Assembly (NCBI GenBank): GCA_963997635.1
Contig: CAXEND010000005.1
Location: forward strand, 74,232-138,231
Origin: an uncultured Rhodospirillaceae bacterium
GTDB lineage: Bacteria; Pseudomonadota; Alphaproteobacteria; UBA828
Length of the DNA stretch: 64,000 nt
Direction: 5' to 3'
In this document: in pieces, positions 59,163 to 64,000 of the stretch
How positions within the stretch are numbered: position 1 is the stretch's first letter
Layout: each line of letters begins with the position of its first letter
The notes under the pieces: model-generated
Database searches by the model: none
What the model saw: the letters and a program-made list of their open reading frames with translations, nothing else
Told to the model about the DNA's origin: nothing
Translations under genes and position numbers: made by a program

Positions 59163-59873
59163 CTAAAGTCCCAAATATGCTGCTCTTACACTATCATCTT
59201 TGATAAGATCTTCGGCGGGGCCCTTAAGGGCAAGCGACCCTTGTTCAAGAACGTATCCATAGGAGGCTATACTTAATGCTAATGCTGCGTTCTGTTCGAC
59301 CAATACAACTCCGACATCTTCTTCTTGTGTAAGAGTACTGATTGTTTCCATGATTTTTTGTTCTATTACAGGTGCAAGCCCAATAGAAGGTTCGTCTAGA
59401 AGCAGCATTTTAGGCCCAGACATTAGTGCCCTTCCAAAAGCTAACATTTGTTGCTCACCACCACTTAAATTTCGAGCAAGTTGTCGCCTTCGGTCTTTCA
59501 AAATTGGGAAGTGGTGATAGATCCTGTCCAGATCTCTATTAATACCTTTCTTATCTGAACGAAGATATGCTCCAACCATAAGATTATCGTAAACGCTTAT
59601 ACGAGGAAATAATTCTCGCCCTTCTGGGACTTGGGAAATACCCATTTTTACAATTTTTGAGGGTGAAGCGTTATCTATTCTGTTTCCCAAGAAACGAATT
59701 TCTCCAGAAGCAGGCCTTAAAAGACCTGAAATGGTTTTTAAGAGGGTTGTTTTACCTGCTCCATTACTACCAACGATTGTCGTTATAGTATTCTCTGAAG
59801 CACTAACAGATACTTCTCTTAGAGCGGAGATCAGGTCATACTTTACTTCAAGTTGTTTAATTTCAAGCATCAT
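59163..59873 (-). CDS. livF: Branched-chain amino-acid-type ABC transporter ATP-binding protein (LivF-like)
   Basis: Walker A GSNGAGKTT, signature LSGGEQQMLAFGRAL, Walker B LLLDEPSIGLAP. The start is adjusted to the ATGATG at 59873 that overlaps the livG stop. Confidence 0.75.
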   Translation of the reverse strand: MMLEIKQLEVKYDLISALREVSVSASENTITTIVGSNGAGKTTLLKTISGLLRPASGEIRFLGNRIDNASPSKIVKMGISQVPEGRELFPRISVYDNLMVGAYLRSDKKGINRDLDRIYHHFPILKDRRRQLARNLSGGEQQMLAFGRALMSGPKMLLLDEPSIGLAPVIEQKIMETISTLTQEEDVGVVLVEQNAALALSIASYGYVLEQGSLALKGPAEDLIKDDSVRAAYLGL

Positions 59874-60630
59874 GACCCTCAGATTTTCCCAAATAGGCTT
59901 CAATTACAGCAGGGTGTTTAGTTATTTCATCAGCAGTACCTTCAGCAATTTTTTCCCCAAAATTAATGACAGTTATTTTATCGCAAATACTAAGGACTGA
60001 TCGAACGTCGTGCTCAACTAACAAGATAGTAATCCCATAATCACGTAAACCAGAGATTTTCTGTGCAACATTACTTTTCTCTGTTGGATTAAGCCCTGCT
60101 AGAGGCTCATCAAGCATTAGCAAATTAGGTCGAACTGCTAATGCGGTTGCTATTGAAAGAACTCTTTGCATACCTGCAGGAAGCATTCTTGCTGGGGTAT
60201 CAGCCTCTTCCGATAGATTCATATGCTCAAGAATCCAAGAAGTACTATCTTCAATTGAACTGATGCTCGGGAGCTTCGTGTTGTTTGAAATTTCCGCTGA
60301 CTTTTTATTGGCGTGTATGTGGTGACCCATGTGGACATTTTGGCGAACTGACATGTCTCTGTAGACGCTTGTAAGTTGAAATGTTCTGACCAATCCCCTT
60401 TTTGCAATCCTATTGGGTGTTTTTCCTGTTATGGGTTGACCTTTAAATAAAACTTCTCCTGAAGTTGGCTTTAAAAAACCACTTATGAGATGGAAAGTAG
60501 TTGTTTTGCCTGATCCATTAGGTCCTATAAGCCCTCTGATCTGACCTTCTGGAATTGCCATAGATATGTCTTTGACAGCAACTAGTTTGCCAAACCTTTT
60601 TGCGATATTGTTCACTTCAAGAATTGTCAT
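59863..60630 (-). CDS. livG: Branched-chain amino-acid-type ABC transporter ATP-binding protein (LivG-like)
   Basis: GPNGSGKTT Walker A, LMLDEPLAGLNP Walker B, LivG-type insert. The start is adjusted to MTILEV (60630). Confidence 0.75.
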   Translation of the reverse strand: MTILEVNNIAKRFGKLVAVKDISMAIPEGQIRGLIGPNGSGKTTTFHLISGFLKPTSGEVLFKGQPITGKTPNRIAKRGLVRTFQLTSVYRDMSVRQNVHMGHHIHANKKSAEISNNTKLPSISSIEDSTSWILEHMNLSEEADTPARMLPAGMQRVLSIATALAVRPNLLMLDEPLAGLNPTEKSNVAQKISGLRDYGITILLVEHDVRSVLSICDKITVINFGEKIAEGTADEITKHPAVIEAYLGKSEGHDA

Positions 60631-60637
60631 ATGATTG

Positions 60638-61657
60638 CTATCCGATGTTCTTAGCACTAGAGTTTTTAGCTCTATTAAATAAGATTGGTCTTAGCAGTGC
60701 TAGTAACTTTAAGACTGCCATTTCCAATCCCCCGGACCATATCATGAGTACTGCAATAACACTTGCACCCCACAAAAGAGGAACCCATTCTGCAAAGGCA
60801 CGGAATATTTCTTCCAAGGCTGTTAGGTAAAGAAGCCCAAGAATTGGGCCAAAGAACGTTGATACTCCTCCTACAATTGCAGCAGCAACTAACTTGAACA
60901 TAAGAATGGATCCAAAATCCAAAGGATTTATTGCTCCATTAAAATTGGCTGATAATGCCCCTGCGAATCCTGCAATTACTGACCCTAACACAAAAGGCAG
61001 GGTTCTGTGGCCCCAAGTATTTATACCAATGGATTCTGATAATTCTTCATTTGCTGCTACTGCCTTAATTGTTCTTCCTACTCTAGAAAGATCAAAACGG
61101 TATAGTAAAAGCCAAATGATCAGTGCGATTGCGAGAACAAGATAATAGAAACCTGTTGTTGTATTAAAATCAATTCCCCAGAACCCCTCAGGTCTTGGTA
61201 TAAATGAAATTCCAAAACTACCCCCCGTGATACCTTTGAATTGAATATATGCCTGTCGCAAGGCTTCACCAGCAGCGAACGTACTTAGAAAAAAGTAATA
61301 ATGTCGCGTTCTTAGAACTGGATATGCTATTATTAGAGCAAATAAACCAGAAATCCCAGCACCTAAAAATAGAGTTGCCCAGAATGACCATGGTGTTTCA
61401 AGAGTCATTAAGATAGCAGTAGTATATGCCCCGAGACCAGCTGTTGCTACATGAGAAAAAGACCATCCTCCCATTGTAGTAATCACACGGTAGCCCATAA
61501 CCATAATAGTATTTAGAGCAAATATCACCAGCACGCTTTGCCAGTAGGAGGTTAAGGCATGAGGTAAAGCTACCAGCAGAGGAGTAGCTATGATCGTGCC
61601 TATAAGTGCGTATACAAAGCGCTTTGGTGTAGAGGTTATGAATTGAAGGATTGTCAT
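60638..61657 (-). CDS. livM: Branched-chain amino-acid-type ABC transporter permease (LivM-like)
   Basis: 339 aa polytopic membrane protein. Positioned between the LivH-like and LivG-like genes. Confidence 0.7.
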   Translation of the reverse strand: MTILQFITSTPKRFVYALIGTIIATPLLVALPHALTSYWQSVLVIFALNTIMVMGYRVITTMGGWSFSHVATAGLGAYTTAILMTLETPWSFWATLFLGAGISGLFALIIAYPVLRTRHYYFFLSTFAAGEALRQAYIQFKGITGGSFGISFIPRPEGFWGIDFNTTTGFYYLVLAIALIIWLLLYRFDLSRVGRTIKAVAANEELSESIGINTWGHRTLPFVLGSVIAGFAGALSANFNGAINPLDFGSILMFKLVAAAIVGGVSTFFGPILGLLYLTALEEIFRAFAEWVPLLWGASVIAVLMIWSGGLEMAVLKLLALLRPILFNRAKNSSAKNIG

Positions 61658-62517
61658 TCCCGAGAACCCAAAAGACCATTTGGCATGAAACTGAGTACGA
61701 GTAGCATAATTATTGCATCAACCATTGCTGCAAATTTTCCAGCACCAAATGTGGTCATTAAAGTGTCAATTAGTCCAAACAATAGTGCTGCTACTACTGT
61801 TCCCGATAGACTCCCTATACCGCCTACAATAATGATTATAAAAGCACGCCAAAGTGCCTCTGCACCCATAAAGGGTCCAATCATTAACACACTACCCATT
61901 AATGTTCCGGAAATTGCTGCAAGTGCAGAGCCAACAAACATAGTGGTTAATGCAATTTTACCCATGCTTATACCTTGGAGCATAGCTCCGGTTTTATTCT
62001 GGGCAGTTGCTCTTACTGCGCGGCCTAGGTCGGTACGCATTAAGAAATACCAAAGTCCAGCCATCATCAATGCTGTAAAGCCAAGAACTACAATTCTCTG
62101 GATGGGCAAAATTGCGCCTTCAAACATAATGAAACCTGGGAAAATTGCTGGGACAGAACGCCCCATGGGTCCAATAGTTTTCACTACGACGACTTGTAAT
62201 ACGTATGAGAGTCCCAGAGTAGCCATAAAAATGGAGAACGGTTGCTCTTTGAGCCGTTCAAATAACGTTAACTGAACAAGCATCCCTAAAATTCCCACAA
62301 CGCCAGCGCCAACAAGCATTGCAACAATAAAAGTTGCTCCATCAGGTATAGTATTAGAGAGAACACCTGACAGTAGCCAAAGTGCATAGCCGCCAAGCAT
62401 ATAAAACTCACCATGCGCAAAGTTTATTGTGCGCATCACGCCAAATACTAACGCTAATCCAACCGCGAAGGAGACATAAAAGCTACTTAAGAAGATTATG
62501 TTGGCTAAAACTTGCAT
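61654..62517 (-). CDS. livH: Branched-chain amino-acid-type ABC transporter permease (LivH-like)
   Basis: 287 aa polytopic membrane protein. 4-bp overlap with the livM-like gene. Confidence 0.7.
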   Translation of the reverse strand: MQVLANIIFLSSFYVSFAVGLALVFGVMRTINFAHGEFYMLGGYALWLLSGVLSNTIPDGATFIVAMLVGAGVVGILGMLVQLTLFERLKEQPFSIFMATLGLSYVLQVVVVKTIGPMGRSVPAIFPGFIMFEGAILPIQRIVVLGFTALMMAGLWYFLMRTDLGRAVRATAQNKTGAMLQGISMGKIALTTMFVGSALAAISGTLMGSVLMIGPFMGAEALWRAFIIIIVGGIGSLSGTVVAALLFGLIDTLMTTFGAGKFAAMVDAIIMLLVLSFMPNGLLGSRE

Positions 62518-62634
62518 TGTAGAATCTATCAGCCTCTTGTGCTTATAAATTAGCCATTGTTGTCACATTAAGTCTTTATAAAAATGTAACCAAGCTAATA
62601 TATAATAAATTAAGACTTTAAACGCTCTGACGGA

Positions 62635-62660
62635 AGACACCTAAACTGACTTAGATGTCT
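62635..62660 (-). terminator. Imperfect hairpin between the binding-protein and permease genes of the liv-type operon
   Basis: agacacctaa-actgac-ttagatgtct forms a 9/10-bp stem. No clear U-tract follows. Confidence 0.2.
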
Positions 62661-62689
62661 CCCGCCCTAGCTAAATTAAAGTGGACTTA

Positions 62690-63976
62690 TTATCTAAAAA
62701 CTTGTCCGCCTGCATCGATTCTTGGTAATGCGACGTCCTTATGTTTTTCCCACCATGCGGCGTGATCAACAACGTGATCAAGGACAACATTTCCATCAGC
62801 ACCCAAATTATAAATCGGCAATGGAGTTAGAAGATGATGGTTTGCACCATAAATTTCTTCTCCACCCCATTTTGAAGGGCCAAACAATGGGTGGTCAACA
62901 ACATCGGCTGCATAGAGTGTTTCCATAACTACCTTAGAATCTATACTTGGTGACATACGTATGCCAGCTTCTAGTGTCATCATAGAAGCATAGCCAATAG
63001 GTGTATAAGGAGACCATTCCTCAACTCCGTATTCTTCGACATACCATTTATACAGTTCATGTCCTTTGGCACTAAAGGTTGGCTCAGAGGCCTCGAATGC
63101 ATAGCCAAAATATGTTCTACCTGCTAACTGCTCTGCTGGAACACGTTCTAAAATCATAGGGAACGTAAAGCCTTCAGCACAATGTACGCCTTTAAAACCC
63201 ATCTGCTCCATCGTTTCGATCGCAGAAGCATATTGTGCTGGTACCCAACCAAGTTGGCAAACCATATCGGGTTTAGATGCCATTAGTGGAGTTAATAAAC
63301 CCAGCATATCCTTAGTAGCATCTGGAGCATAACTCTCGTTGTATACAATTTCAACTTCAGGATGAGCGGCTACTCCAGCTTCAAAATATGCCTTTGCTGC
63401 TAATCCAAATGATTGGTCAGATGTTATGATTGCTACACGCTTAACATCAGGGTTTGCATCTATTGCCCGACTTGCGATAAGCATATAGGCAGCTGGAGAA
63501 CCAGTAATACCACCGTTTAGATAAGGATGATCCTTGCTAAGGTAGCCTGCACCATATGATGTTGTTAGAACATGATTATCTGTAGTCATTTGAGCAATTG
63601 CTTGTCGACTTCCGGGAGTGAAGGTTTGCAGCATGAACTTGATATTGTCATCAAGAATAGCTTTTCTTCCAGCCTTTAGCTCTTCACCTGGAATGTAGCA
63701 AACATTGTCATATGTTTTGAGGTTGATTTTATAGCGTTTCCCGTCACCCGCCAAAAGACCACCATCTGCGTTTAGTTGATCCGCCCAGTATTGCATTCCT
63801 CTAACGATTGGAATACCCCACTGTGCACAATCTCCAGCTAGGGGTTGGATTGCTCCAACATCTAGGGTTTCTGCTGCTGAAGCTTGCTTATTATCCATAG
63901 CCGTGCTTGCTACAAGTAGTGCAGCTGCTCCAACTACTGAGGGTATAATTCTACCCATTAATTTTGACACATTCAT
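62690..63976 (-). CDS. ABC transporter periplasmic solute-binding protein, type I PBP (LivJ/LivK-like)
   Basis: N-terminal signal peptide (IPSVVGAAALLVASTAMD). 428 aa. Placed upstream of the livHMGF-like genes. Confidence 0.7.
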   Translation of the reverse strand: MNVSKLMGRIIPSVVGAAALLVASTAMDNKQASAAETLDVGAIQPLAGDCAQWGIPIVRGMQYWADQLNADGGLLAGDGKRYKINLKTYDNVCYIPGEELKAGRKAILDDNIKFMLQTFTPGSRQAIAQMTTDNHVLTTSYGAGYLSKDHPYLNGGITGSPAAYMLIASRAIDANPDVKRVAIITSDQSFGLAAKAYFEAGVAAHPEVEIVYNESYAPDATKDMLGLLTPLMASKPDMVCQLGWVPAQYASAIETMEQMGFKGVHCAEGFTFPMILERVPAEQLAGRTYFGYAFEASEPTFSAKGHELYKWYVEEYGVEEWSPYTPIGYASMMTLEAGIRMSPSIDSKVVMETLYAADVVDHPLFGPSKWGGEEIYGANHHLLTPLPIYNLGADGNVVLDHVVDHAAWWEKHKDVALPRIDAGGQVFR

Positions 63977-64000
63977 TGTGTAACTCCCTTACAATTTTTT

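Overview
This 64-kb window looks like a chromosomal segment from an AT-rich (about 38-40% GC by eye) marine-type heterotroph. It is densely coding, with short intergenic gaps, frequent 4-bp or ATGA-type gene overlaps and AGGAGG-like ribosome-binding sites. Content in order: (i) a family-5 peptide/opine-type ABC importer (solute-binding protein, permease, fused permease-ATPase) whose second ATPase lies 14.7 kb downstream; (ii) a hydantoinase A/B-type locus with a near-perfect 1.8-kb tandem duplication of hyuB, next to an iron-containing alcohol dehydrogenase (Fe-ADH), a TPR/oxygenase-like protein, a Baeyer-Villiger monooxygenase (BVMO) plus GDSAG esterase, luciferase-like monooxygenase-family (LLM) flavin oxidoreductases, a carboxymuconolactone-decarboxylase (CMD)-family protein and an acyl-CoA synthetase; (iii) two tandem old-yellow-enzyme (OYE)/FadH-like two-domain flavoenzymes, a glucose-methanol-choline (GMC) oxidoreductase, a short-chain dehydrogenase/reductase (SDR) and an enol-lactonase-like hydrolase; (iv) a complete urease cluster in the non-canonical order ureE-ureF-ureAB(fused gamma/beta)-ureC-ureG-ureD; (v) a tsaC-cysQ-small ORF-pdxA-family-FAD-oxidase operon; (vi) a second hyuA/hyuB pair flanked by LLM paralogs; (vii) a beta-oxidation-like cassette (SDR, double-hotdog MaoC hydratase, SCP2-type thiolase, thiolase-fold/DUF35 fusion) divergent from a cytoplasmic single-subunit molybdopterin (Mo-bisMGD) oxidoreductase; and (viii) a livJHMGF-type ABC importer. 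I saw no tRNA or rRNA genes, CRISPR arrays, transposases, integrases or obvious transcription factors. Several gene starts in the ORF track appear over-extended; I give adjusted starts where an ATG/GTG/TTG with a suitable Shine-Dalgarno (SD) motif is visible. All functional calls rest on motif-level recognition by eye, not on database searches.
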